From: Aureliella sp.
GTDB lineage: Bacteria > Planctomycetota > Planctomycetia > Pirellulales > Pirellulaceae
Assembly (NCBI GenBank): GCA_963691875.1
Contig: OY829846.1
Span: 544,001 to 608,000, forward strand
Direction of reading: 5' to 3'
Length of the DNA stretch: 64,000 bases
Each line of letters begins with the position of its first letter. Position 1 is the stretch's first letter. The notes below the pieces were generated by a model. The model was given only the letters and a program-made list of their open reading frames with translations. It did no database searches and was not told the DNA's origin. Made by a program: the position numbers and the translations under genes. Below, piece by piece: positions 50,562-61,200 of the stretch.

Positions 50562-50746
50562 GGCGGTTCTGATTTGGGGTTCCTTTACCCAGGAGTCTGT
50601 ATCCCGCTCAGGTACGACCGGTCACTTACAACCCACTCTCCTTCGAGAGAGTCGCGGATAATGCGAGCGGAGAGGGGCCGATACAGCCTTTCATGGCTGA
50701 GGGAACCCGGCCCTCCTGCAAGCGGGGGCGCAAGGTCGAAAACCCA
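50562..50746 (+). ncRNA. candidate structured non-coding RNA (~185 nt, family unassigned)
   Basis: Nested helices GGGTTCCTTTA/TGAGGGAACCC, CTGTATC/GATACAG, CCGCTC/GAGCGG and ACTCTC/GAGAGT plus a 3' hairpin. G-U pairs favour the + strand. Confidence 0.5.
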
Positions 50747-51224
50747 TAATTTCCAAAAGCGTCAGCAAGGCAATGATACTAATGCTACGAATTGTAAGTT
50801 CGGTTGCAGATTCTGCATGTCGTTCAGGTGGTCATCAAGGGATTGCCGGGAGATATACACGCCAATGCGCGAATTTCGCGTAGCTGATGGCTGTTATAAG
50901 AAGTGCCAGCTTTTTGCTCTTGGTCTGGCATTTATGCTGTATGACCACATTTTCTGCCCGAAGACCCATGGTGATTCAGCTCATTGAAACAGCAGCGGCA
51001 AGCAGTGGATGGCTGGGAACGCATCGCTATGTAGAGCGTGACAGAAAGCGGTTTTGCATGGGTGTTACGTCTGATTAAACGCAGGCTACTCCGTTTGACG
51101 ACAATGGGGTGAATTCTGTTGAGTAAAGCAGTAAAGTAGAATGCCTGGCAAAGTACCACTTCCAAGCCCATTCGATCCGCGAGATCGTTGATCGGAGAAT
51201 GTCGCGCAGCTATCAGGTCACGTC

Positions 51225-54131
51225 ATGTGCTCTTCACGAACCATTATCTGTCTCGCATGCTTGACGATCGCGGCGACTGTGCAGTCGCTTAAGACAAATT
51301 TAGCAGCAACCGATGAACCGGAGGTGCAAAACGTAAACTTCGTGAAAGATGTCGCTCCGATTCTTTCTGAGCATTGCATCCGCTGTCATTACCCTGGGAA
51401 TGAGAAAGGCGATCTATCGCTTGCGACTGCAGAAACTCTGCTTGAACGCGACTACTTAGTTCCAGGCAAGCCGGACGAAAGCTATTTGGTAGAGCTGATC
51501 ACAACCGACGACAATGGCAAGGCACAAATGCCTCAGGAAGGCCCGGCGCTGCCTGCAAAGCAAGTTGAGCTGGTCCGAAGCTGGATCAAGCAGGGGGCAA
51601 TTTGGCCCGAAGACACAATGGTGAAAGCAAAACCCAAAGCCGATCTCAGCTGGTGGTCCTTGCAGCCGTTGAGGATCAATGGACCGCCTAAGGCGAATGG
51701 ACATGCAGAGTTCCAGGCTTGGCAGTCTCCCATCGACCGCTACCTGGCTTTGAAACTACGTGAATCGAATTTAACGCCGAACAAGCAAGCGGATCGGCGT
51801 AGCGTGATTCGGCGGTTGAGCTACGATCTCACCGGCTTACCCCCAACTCCCGCGGAAATTGAGGACTTCGAATCGAGCCCGGCAAAAAATGCTTACGAAA
51901 AGTTAGTGGATCGACTGCTAGCTTCGCCACGGTACGGTGAACGCTGGGGACGGCACTGGCTTGATGTCGTTCGTTTTGGTGAAAGCACGGGATATGAGCA
52001 AAATATCATCGTGGACGAAGCCTGGCCATTTCGAGACTACGTCATTCGGTCTTTCAATGACGACAAGCCGATGAATCAGTTCATCCGGGAGCATCTGGCA
52101 GGAGATGTGCTGCAACCCGATAATCCAGATGTAAAGATTGGCTCAGCATTCTTGGTGAATGGAGCTTACGATACAGTCGGCAATCAAGATGCTATCCAAG
52201 CCGCTCAGATACGAGCTGACACAATCGACGAAGTTGTTCGGGCGACGAGCGAAGCCTTTCTCGGATTAACAATGGGATGCGCTCGCTGTCATGACCACAA
52301 GTTTGATCCGATCCAGCAGCGCGACTACTACCGCCTATACGCAACTTTCGCTGGCCTGAAGCATGGCTCTGGCCTCTTGTCGTCTCCAGCGGATGTCAAG
52401 GCACGGGAGGAAAAGCTCGCACCGCTGAATCAGAAACATGATGAATTGAATTCTGCCGTCGGCTTAATTGAGCAGACAATCTCGCAAAGGATCAAGGAGA
52501 AGGCCGCTGAGTTTGAAGATGCTTGGACCCGGGAGGCCGTGAATCGAACTGGCACAGAAGAACGTTTTGATGCGGTTGAAGCCAAATTCGTCAAATTGAC
52601 TTGCGTGAGAAGGGACGACAATGCGAAATCCGGCAGCGGATTTCGAATGGACGAGTTTGAGATATGGTCGGCAGGAAAGGAACCAAGGAATGTCGCGTTG
52701 GCGAGCAACGGTTCTGTTGCGACTGGTCCAAGTCGAAACATCGAGGACTTCAAGGGTGCCTACGCCGCCAAGCTCACAATTGATGGACAATTCGGTGCGA
52801 GGTTTCTGTCGTCGGGCAACTACCTACAAATTGAACTCAAAAAGCCAACGTTGATTGATAGAGTCTTTTTCTCCAGTGCTCGAAATGAACCGAAGCCCGA
52901 GCAGGGGAAATTCAGTTTCGTTGCCGACTTTCGCATAGAGGTCTCACTGGACGGCGAGGAGTGGCAGGTTGTTGCGACGGGGGATTACAGAAAGCCAGCC
53001 TCGATAGCGGTTCGCGATGCAAGGATTCGTGATGAAATCGTTCTAGAGGAAGAGAAACAGAAGCTGGCGGAACTTCGGAAGCAGATCCGTGAAGTGAAAT
53101 CCGAGATCGCAAATGTGCCAGGCCTACGAAGGGCTTGGATTGGAAGTCGTGATGCCAAGCTGGCAGCAGGGCCTTTCAACGTTTTCCTTGGTGGCGATCC
53201 GCTGCGTAAGGGTGAAACAGTGCTGCCTTCAAGCCCAAGTTTTCTCGGTAATGCGTTGCCAAGCTACGAGATCAACGACTTGTCAGGAGAATCTGAGCGA
53301 CGGATCGCGCTCGCAAATTGGATCACCCACGATAATAACGCTTTGGTGGCTCGCGTTTTGGTGAATCGTGTCTGGCAGTACCATTTTGGCACCGGCATCG
53401 TCTCCACACCGAGCGATTTTGGTTACATGGGCGAAAAGCCATCGCATCCAGAGTTGCTCGATTACCTTGCGGACCAATTCATCCAAGGTGGTTGGAAGCT
53501 GAAGCAGCTGCACAAACAAATTCTCATGAGCCAAGCTTATCGCCAATCGAGCGAAGGAAATGAGCGGGCTTTGCGCGCTGATGCAGACTCGCGATTGCTC
53601 TGGCGTTTTCCTCCTAGACGATTGGCTGCTGAGGAGATTCGTGACAGCATGATTTACGTTTCGGGCCAATTGCGAGAAGGAATGTACGGCAAAGGATTTC
53701 GGTTGTACAAATACTTGCGTGACAACGTGGCCACTTATGTTCCCTTGGACGAGCACGGCCCAGAGACTTATCGACGCTCAGTCTACCATCAGAACGCGCG
53801 AGCCTGCGTGACGGATCTCTTCTCCGAGTTTGATCAGCCAGACTGCGCATTCTCGGCTGCCAAACGCAGTGAGACCACCTCGCCGCTACAGGCTCTAACG
53901 GCACTCAATCATAGTTTCACCCGCGACATGGCGCGTCACATGGCAGAACGGGTTGAGAAGGAGACAAATGCGGCTTTAGAGTCGCAGGCAACCTTAGCTA
54001 TGCAATTAGCATTCGGGCGTGACCCGGATAAGGAAGAAATTCGAGCCGCAACGGAGCTAATCGAAAGTAGTTCACTGGCTGCGTTATGCAGAGTGCTCTT
54101 GAATACCAGCGAGTTTATCTGGATTCGATAG
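51225..54131 (+). CDS. planctomycete cytochrome c / DUF1549 / DUF1553 protein with inserted discoidin-like domain
   Basis: FVKDVAPILSEHCIRCH, PRYGERWGRHWLDVVRF, GCARCHDHKFDPI, VNRVWQYHFGTGIV, HPELLDYLA and PLQAL motifs. Confidence 0.92.
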   Translation: MCSSRTIICLACLTIAATVQSLKTNLAATDEPEVQNVNFVKDVAPILSEHCIRCHYPGNEKGDLSLATAETLLERDYLVPGKPDESYLVELITTDDNGKAQMPQEGPALPAKQVELVRSWIKQGAIWPEDTMVKAKPKADLSWWSLQPLRINGPPKANGHAEFQAWQSPIDRYLALKLRESNLTPNKQADRRSVIRRLSYDLTGLPPTPAEIEDFESSPAKNAYEKLVDRLLASPRYGERWGRHWLDVVRFGESTGYEQNIIVDEAWPFRDYVIRSFNDDKPMNQFIREHLAGDVLQPDNPDVKIGSAFLVNGAYDTVGNQDAIQAAQIRADTIDEVVRATSEAFLGLTMGCARCHDHKFDPIQQRDYYRLYATFAGLKHGSGLLSSPADVKAREEKLAPLNQKHDELNSAVGLIEQTISQRIKEKAAEFEDAWTREAVNRTGTEERFDAVEAKFVKLTCVRRDDNAKSGSGFRMDEFEIWSAGKEPRNVALASNGSVATGPSRNIEDFKGAYAAKLTIDGQFGARFLSSGNYLQIELKKPTLIDRVFFSSARNEPKPEQGKFSFVADFRIEVSLDGEEWQVVATGDYRKPASIAVRDARIRDEIVLEEEKQKLAELRKQIREVKSEIANVPGLRRAWIGSRDAKLAAGPFNVFLGGDPLRKGETVLPSSPSFLGNALPSYEINDLSGESERRIALANWITHDNNALVARVLVNRVWQYHFGTGIVSTPSDFGYMGEKPSHPELLDYLADQFIQGGWKLKQLHKQILMSQAYRQSSEGNERALRADADSRLLWRFPPRRLAAEEIRDSMIYVSGQLREGMYGKGFRLYKYLRDNVATYVPLDEHGPETYRRSVYHQNARACVTDLFSEFDQPDCAFSAAKRSETTSPLQALTALNHSFTRDMARHMAERVEKETNAALESQATLAMQLAFGRDPDKEEIRAATELIESSSLAALCRVLLNTSEFIWIR

Positions 54132-54260
54132 TTGCAATGCTGAAGTGCAGGCATCAAGCCCGCTGAACGCCCACGTTGGAGCGACGCTTCCGGCAGGTCG
54201 GCGGTTCCGAGCACGGACCGACATTGCGGCTGATTTCAGGTCAGACACCTAGGCTGTCAG

Positions 54261-55580
54261 TTAGGCCGATGGAGATAACTCGAGAGCACCTTCTTCGCCT
54301 AAATCTGCTTCGGCCTCAGAGGCCTTCAGTTCAGCTTCGATCTCCGGCACTTCCGGTCGGCGACGGACTTCTTCTTGAGTACCCGCAGCAGTGTTGACGG
54401 CGGATGGGACCCAGGGTCGCTCACCACGGCTCGTGGGTACTGAATACGGATCGTAGTAACTCAAGACTACTGGAGTCTGGACCGTTCGAGGAACCAAACG
54501 CTCTACAACATAGGGCTCCCAGACGCGTCGAGCTACTCTAACGGTTGTGGTCACTGACTGAGTCTCGTAGTACTGAACTGGCACTTCTCGCTCGCGTGTT
54601 TCCAGCTTATAGGTAGTTCGCTTGATCGTCTTCGGACGAACCATCTCTTGCTGTACATATTCTGTCCGCGTCACCGGTACTTTGTTTTCAACGCGGCGGA
54701 TAACCGGCTTCTGAACCGAGTAGGGAACGCGTCGAGTCTGCTGAACGGCTTCCATCCGAGTCGTCGTGACCGGCACTTGTTCATCAACTCTTTGGCTTTC
54801 CATACGCGTTATTTGTACCGGCACTTGTTGCTGCTGAACCTCAGGAACCATCTGCGTACTAGGTACTGAGACTTGGACTGGATTCGGCTGATAGACTAGT
54901 TGATTGTAGGTCGAACCAGCGCTCGTGTAAGGAACCCATCCCAGTCCACCGCGACGATAGGCACTGTTGCCGTAAGGATCTGTCATGTACCCGCTAGACT
55001 GCCAACGCAAGTGATACCGAGTATCGCCAGGTTGGTAGTATTGTTGAGTCATGTACTGGCCCTGATCGACGACCGCATTTTGATAAGTCGTGACAGGACG
55101 CATAGTGGTGTAGTTCTGAGTTCGGTACTGGGTCTCAGTTACTGGCCGTTGCACCATGTAGCTGCGGGTTTGATATGTGGTTTCGGTGACCGGGCGATAA
55201 GTTGTGTAGTTCTCTTCTCGCTCAGCCGTTTCCGTGACGTAAGTCGTCTCGTCGTAGCTGCGATCGATCCACTCTGTCTTAGTGACTGGCCTTAAGACGG
55301 TGTACTTCTCTTCAACAGTACTCGTTTCCACGACGGGCGTGGAGACCGTATAGGTCTGCTTCTCCATACGCGTCTTAAGGACTGGACGCTGGGTCACAAC
55401 TTCCTGATCCTCGTAAACAGTTCTCAGACGATAGCGTTGAACTTGCTGACGCTCGTAGACAACTTGCGGCCGCACCTGGTAGATCGGTCCACAGACCTGA
55501 GCGTGAACTTTGGCGGGAGTCAGTTCGGTCTGCAGGCATGTCGCCAAACAAACTAATGTCAGGAGTCCCAGTTGTCGCAT
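54261..55580 (-). CDS. secreted YTV-repeat-like (Val/Thr/Gln/Pro/Tyr-rich) envelope protein
   Basis: Signal peptide from MRQLGLL, with repeats YTVSTPV, YTVLRPV, YTTYRPV, YMVQRPV, YTTMRPV, YSVQKPV and QVPV. Confidence 0.7.
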   Translation of the reverse strand: MRQLGLLTLVCLATCLQTELTPAKVHAQVCGPIYQVRPQVVYERQQVQRYRLRTVYEDQEVVTQRPVLKTRMEKQTYTVSTPVVETSTVEEKYTVLRPVTKTEWIDRSYDETTYVTETAEREENYTTYRPVTETTYQTRSYMVQRPVTETQYRTQNYTTMRPVTTYQNAVVDQGQYMTQQYYQPGDTRYHLRWQSSGYMTDPYGNSAYRRGGLGWVPYTSAGSTYNQLVYQPNPVQVSVPSTQMVPEVQQQQVPVQITRMESQRVDEQVPVTTTRMEAVQQTRRVPYSVQKPVIRRVENKVPVTRTEYVQQEMVRPKTIKRTTYKLETREREVPVQYYETQSVTTTVRVARRVWEPYVVERLVPRTVQTPVVLSYYDPYSVPTSRGERPWVPSAVNTAAGTQEEVRRRPEVPEIEAELKASEAEADLGEEGALELSPSA

Positions 55581-55981
55581 TTCTTTTTTCCAGCGGGGCG
55601 AGAATTCACTGCTGGCATCCTGCACATTGTTCAGAGTCTTCCATGAGGTCTCTATTTTGGGCATAGGACCGCATTTTTTCAAATCTAGTTTATTCCGCGT
55701 CGCATTCGAGAATCGATGCAAACACCGGTACTTCAATGGCTTACGAAGTTGCTAGCAACACGCCGGGGCCGAGATGGAAGCTTGGTGAACTCGATAAACT
55801 GTTCTGTACCTGTAACTTGCGCTGGTTTTTTACCCAGCCCTCACAATCGGCAGCACCAACCTCAATTACCTGTAACCTAAATGTTTTACTTTGCCTCACG
55901 GCTCAACACCATGCTTGCCATGCCTGCAGCTCTAAAACTTAAATTTCGCCACCCTCCAAAATTCTTACCCGCAAGTTCTGG

Positions 55982-56980
55982 TTGTATCGGTTGCGTCGAG
56001 ATGGGCTCGGTGAATGCAAGAAGATAATTCGCTGCCATCACGGTAGGTTACCTTCTAACGCGCCCCAAGTTAATTTGTACTGGTACGACAAAGGTGTCGC
56101 AGTCGGAATCAGATGGAGGGAATCGTTGATTGAAAAATGCAAAAGCTTATTCCTGGTCCGGCGTCTTAGTTGGCCTTTCCTCGGCGCAATCATCACGTTG
56201 CAGGTGGTACTGACGACCCTCTTAAACCTGGTAGTCTTTCGATATAAGTGGTTGGATCCCATCACCAGAGTGACCGGCGGTATTGCATCAGAAACGCTGA
56301 TCGGCAATCTCTTCTTTCTTGCGGTCATGCTCGCCCTGTTTTTTAAAGTCGCGAAGCTGAAACCCAAAGATCTTGCGTTGCATGGCGGAACGGATCAGTC
56401 AATTTGGGTTGGAGTCGTTTGGACAGCGATTGCAATTATTTTCTTGCACTTCAGTGCTCTTGCGTTCTGCATTCTTTCGTCTGCGGAAGTTGTAAGGCAG
56501 TTGCCGAATTGGCCGCAGATTGTCGCACAGCTCTTCGGCAATGCACTATACGAAGAATTGATCTTCCGAGCATTTCTAATACCGCAATTTGTGCTGCTCA
56601 TCAAGAAAGCAAAACGCAAATGGAGTTGGACGACATGTTTAATACTCTCATTGCTTGCGTCGCAACTTGTTTTTGCACTGATCCATATTCCCAATCGTAT
56701 ATTTTTGGGCAGTTATTCAACGGCAGCAGCAGTGATTCAGGATCAAGTGCAAGTACTGATACTCGGGCTGCTCTTTGCTTGGGTATTTTTAGCGACAAGG
56801 AACATTTACGCTGCCGTTGGAGTACATGCTCCGGTCAACAAGAGTGTGATTTTGCTGGTTCTTCCCAGCGGAGATTTGATACTTTCCGTGTTCCTCATAA
56901 TCCCGGTTGCCTATCTTTGGGACGGATTCGTGACAAGAAGAAAAGAAAAGCGAGACGCGGCAGAGGAGCAAAACGCGTAA
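55982..56980 (+). CDS. CPBP/Abi-family intramembrane glutamic endopeptidase
   Basis: EELIFRA, FALIH and H..VN motifs. The real start is probably near 56126. Confidence 0.8.
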   Translation: MYRLRRDGLGECKKIIRCHHGRLPSNAPQVNLYWYDKGVAVGIRWRESLIEKCKSLFLVRRLSWPFLGAIITLQVVLTTLLNLVVFRYKWLDPITRVTGGIASETLIGNLFFLAVMLALFFKVAKLKPKDLALHGGTDQSIWVGVVWTAIAIIFLHFSALAFCILSSAEVVRQLPNWPQIVAQLFGNALYEELIFRAFLIPQFVLLIKKAKRKWSWTTCLILSLLASQLVFALIHIPNRIFLGSYSTAAAVIQDQVQVLILGLLFAWVFLATRNIYAAVGVHAPVNKSVILLVLPSGDLILSVFLIIPVAYLWDGFVTRRKEKRDAAEEQNA

Positions 56981-56982
56981 GC

Positions 56983-57326
56983 ATGATAAAACCAACTTGG
57001 CTGATCGAAACAAACGTGCAGGGGCGTCCGTCGGAAGCTTTGCAAGCGGAGATTCGGTGGCAAGATATGGTGGTGCAGGTCGTCAAGCTGTTCCTGCATA
57101 CGGCGAAGCCAGGCGAAACCCTACACGCGGTCCCTCTCGCGGGAAACGCTGTCGTCTTTTGTTCTGGCACGCTGCCCTCGATGCAGTACATCCAGTCTCA
57201 TCGGCGGTTGAAGCCAGGGGATGGTGCATCTTCAAAGATCTCTCTTGTTCAATTAACTACGCGCGTTTTAGTGAGGAGATGTTGAACCGAGACGACGATT
57301 TGCTGCCCTCTGCAGAGGCAGCGTGA
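56983..57326 (+). pseudogene. N-terminal remnant of an ATP-grasp (DUF4343-like) protein
   Basis: MIKPTWLIE...LQAEI..Q...LKPG, then a frameshift to GWCIFKDLSCSINYARF.EEMLN..LLP. Truncated. Confidence 0.45.
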
Positions 57327-57386
57327 CCAAGGAGCGTCTGTTTTAGCGCAAGCCCTCTTGATGAGAATCCGCACTAAGCTGCATGG

Positions 57387-58094
57387 CTATTGACCATATA
57401 TCTGCTCTGCACGCTGGAACATGATCCACGATGTGACAATGTACTTGTCATTCGAAACCGGCACGCCACCTTTGTGAGTGTGGGTGAAGCCAGCGGGTGC
57501 GATGACCATGCGGCCGACTTCGGGCTGTATCTTCTTTTGCTGGTAAAAAAATTCAGTGTGTCCGCCTTCCTCGACTGAGTTCAGGAAGAACATGAAAAGT
57601 AGGACGCGGTGTAAGGTTTCGCAGTTTTGTTCCCGTGGATAGATCTCGGAGTGCCAATGGTGGTAGCCACCTAGACCTTTCTGGTACTTCTGCAGATTCA
57701 AATATCCGGGACGGTAGATGCTTAGCACAATACCTTGCAGCTGCTCCTCCGGAATTCGGTCGATATTGTCAACCGCGACTTCAACGACTTCGCCGCTAGC
57801 AAGTTGGATCGTGGGTGCTATCGCACCACATATCAGGAAAGGATGCTTGCGCACATACTCGGTGAGCTTGGCTGCAGTGAAATTGAACAGTTGTTGATTT
57901 ATCGCAGTCCATTCCTGGTATTCCGAGATGCAACAGTCAACACTTTTTTTCTTTCGAGAGTCGACCCCCGCGCCGGTCTCGCCAGGTATTTGAATCTGAG
58001 GGAACGACTCGAACGTGTCGATGATCTGCTCGCAAAATTCAGGGCTTAAAACGGAATCGTATACGCCGAGAAAGTCTTCGTTGGGTCCAACCAT
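57387..58094 (-). CDS. 2OG-Fe(II) oxygenase (prolyl-4-hydroxylase-like)
   Basis: YDSVLSPEFC, LQKY, WHSE (HxE), FLNSVEEGGHTEF, FTHTH and KYIVTSW motifs. Confidence 0.85.
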   Translation of the reverse strand: MVGPNEDFLGVYDSVLSPEFCEQIIDTFESFPQIQIPGETGAGVDSRKKKSVDCCISEYQEWTAINQQLFNFTAAKLTEYVRKHPFLICGAIAPTIQLASGEVVEVAVDNIDRIPEEQLQGIVLSIYRPGYLNLQKYQKGLGGYHHWHSEIYPREQNCETLHRVLLFMFFLNSVEEGGHTEFFYQQKKIQPEVGRMVIAPAGFTHTHKGGVPVSNDKYIVTSWIMFQRAEQIYGQ

Positions 58095-58219
58095 GATTTA
58101 CGAACCAGTTGGTAATCAAGGATGTGCGTGGAAAGAGAAACAGCCAAGGCGTCGATTGCCCTGGCCGTTCCATTGGATTCAATCAAGTTGGTTATCGCAA
58201 TGCGAAACCACAGTATCGC

Positions 58220-61200
58220 TTACAACTGCCACCATCGCAGCTCTTCATCCTCCAGTTGCCCGAAGACGGAGTCGGTCGATACCGGAGAATCCGCTGGTGC
58301 CGAAGTAAGAAAATCCACTTGATATCGTGGTGACGTAGCGCTTTCAGTTGTCTCCATTCCATCCGCGTCTTCTATCAGACCGTCCGTGAGTGCTCCATCG
58401 GCCTGAACTCCCGCATCTTGCTCTGACTGTTCGAATCGATCGTGTGCACCTGCGAGCATGATTCCAGCAAACTGCATAGCTGCCATTCCGTCGAATTCAC
58501 CCGATCCTCCACGGTCACCACCGCGGCCAAAGTACGAAAAAGATTTAGAGCTCTCGGCTACGAGGGTACCCGACTCGAGAGCAAGTACACCCACGACTTC
58601 GGTGGTGTGCCTTAGCTCTCTGTCGCGTGAAGCTTCCTCTTCGATGAAGACAGTCACACTCGTGCTCGTTTGCGCTCGGTGTCGAACTGTAGCGGTGTCT
58701 CTACCATCTCGCTTCTGCATGTCCGACAAAATGACGGGACTCGATGATCCACCAATGCTTCCGAAATTGATCGTGGTGTCCCGGTGAGTCACCGTGTCAC
58801 CAGAAACGACTGCGTTCATGAAGACATCGCCGCTCGTACCAGTACCCAGATCAATAGCGACATAGCCGACGGATTCAGTTGCATGAATACCATCTGCCGC
58901 TTCTTCCTCCTGCATCTGCATTTGGAAGTTATCGCCGTTGATGTTTCGCAGACGCTCGACAACCGCTGCGCTATCGTTGACCGTTTGGACTTGTGCGATC
59001 ACCAGCGGAGCCGACGAGAAACTCGAACCGAATGTCACAGTTTGGAATGTCTCATTCGTCAAGTCGACCTTGTCAGCAACAATTTGGGTTCCGTCCGCCA
59101 AGGTGTGGGTGCCGGCTTCTACCACCAAATATCCGATGTTCTCGGTGGTGTGGTTGCCATCGCGGTAGTCCCATTCCTGGAATCGGATCTGGAAACTGTT
59201 GCTGGTGATATTCTGGACTCGGACCACACCTTGGTGACCACCGTCGCGAGTGGAGCCGCCAGCGACAACAACTGGATTGTTGAAGCTCATTGGTAGGTTG
59301 ACTGTCTTCCAGACATGAGTCACATCGATCGCCGTTCCTGCAACTCCTATATCGGTCGTACCAGACGAAGCTTGATTCACGGTGACGTTGACCGTAGCGG
59401 TGTCGGTGGCCGCGCCATCGCTGATTGTATAATTGAAGGAATCGCTACCAAAGAACCCGGCTGCTGGACTGTATGTGATCGTTCCGTCGTTATTGACGGT
59501 CGCCGTTCCATTGGACGGATTCGTCGCACTTGAGACGGACAAACTATCGCCGTCTATATCGGTGTCGTTTGCAAGAACCGAAATGGTGATAGCGTTGTCC
59601 TGATCGGTTGTCGCACTATCGTTGACTGCAACAGGATTGTCATTCACAGCGGCCACCGTCACATTCACGGTGGCTGTCGCGCTTCCGCCGTTCCCGTCAC
59701 TAATCGTGTAGGTGAAGGAATCATTTCCGTTGTAGTTCGCGTTTGGCGTGTAAGTCAGAACGTTGTTGCTGTTGGACACTAAACCGTTCGATGGATTGGT
59801 GAATGCATCTACAGTGAGTGCGTCGCCATCCGGATCGGAGTCGTTATTCAGCACGCTAACAGCAACCGAACTGTCCTCGTTCACATTGGCCGAATCGTTA
59901 ACCGCAGTTGGCGGGTCATTCACGCCGTTGACCGTCACACTCACCGTTGCAGTAGCCGTCAGCGAACCATCGCTGATGGTGTAAGTAAAGGTGTCGGAGC
60001 CAACATAGCCATTGTTGGGTGTGTAAGTCACCGTTCCGTCGCTGTTATTCGTAACCGATCCATTCAACGGATTGGACACACCCGAAACGGACAAAGCATC
60101 GCCGTCAACGTCGTTGTCGTTGGCAACGACATTGACTGAGACCGCCGTGTTCTCAAGGGTTGTCGCAGAGTCATTGTTCGCGACTGGATTATCATTCACC
60201 GCGTTGACAGTCACATTCACCGTAGCAGTCGCGTTGTTGCCGTTGCCATCATTGATGGTGTAGGTGAATGAGTCACTTCCGTTATAGTTGGCGTTCGGCG
60301 TATACGTCAGCACATTGTTGGAGTTGCTGACCGAGCCGTTTATTGGATTCGTAAAGGACGAAACGGTCAGCGTGTCACCATCCGGATCAGAGTCATTGCT
60401 AAGAACAGAGATGGCGACAGAGTTATCCTCGTTAACCGTCGCCGAATCATTGTTTGCCGTCGGAGGATCATTGACTTCGTTAACGGTAACCGTGACCGTC
60501 GCAGTATCCGTTGCGACCCCATCACTAACGGTGTAGGTGAAAGTATCGGTACCGAAGAATCCGTTGTTTGGCGTGTAAGTAACAGTTCCGTTGTTGTTAT
60601 TGGAAACCGAACCGTTGGAACCGTTCGTCAGAGCGCTGACGAACAAGCTGTCGCCATCCACATCTGTATCATTGGAAAGCACATTGATCGAGACCGCCGC
60701 ATTCTCGTTGGTAAATACCGAATCGTTATTTGCAACTGGGTTGTCGTTCACCGCATTGATCGTCACGTTTACAGTGGCTGTTGCGGTGTTGTTATTGCCG
60801 TCATTGATCGTATACGTGAACGAGTCGCTACCGTTGTAGTTTACATTCGGAGTATAGGTCAGCACGTTGTTGGAGTTACTGACCGATCCATTGCTTGGAT
60901 TGGTGAAGGAAGCCACCGTCAGTATGTCGCCATCGGGATCGGAGTCATTCCCGAGGACCGAGATTCCAATCGAGTTGTCTTCGTCGACTGTTGCAGTGTC
61001 ATCATTCGCGGTTGGTGCTCCATTCTGCCCACCTGCGATAGCGGCCATTGCTGCTCCGAGGTCAAGAACCCCATTGCCGACGCGATCCAAATGCTCAGCG
61101 CGAGTATTATCTAGGATCGCGTCTTTAATTTGAAGGTAAGTAAAGCTAGGCTGCTCGGCCCAAAGCAATGCAGCGGCTCCGGCAACATGCGGTGCCGCCA

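Noticed and set aside
56404..57285. 293-aa + strand ORF
   Set aside because: Mostly an alternate frame of the CPBP gene. Only the last ~100 codons belong to the ATP-grasp remnant.
59370..61025. Repeated DNA segments considered as CRISPR or DGR repeats
   Set aside because: They are in-frame protein domain repeats with synonymous divergence. There are no spacers, cas genes or reverse transcriptase.
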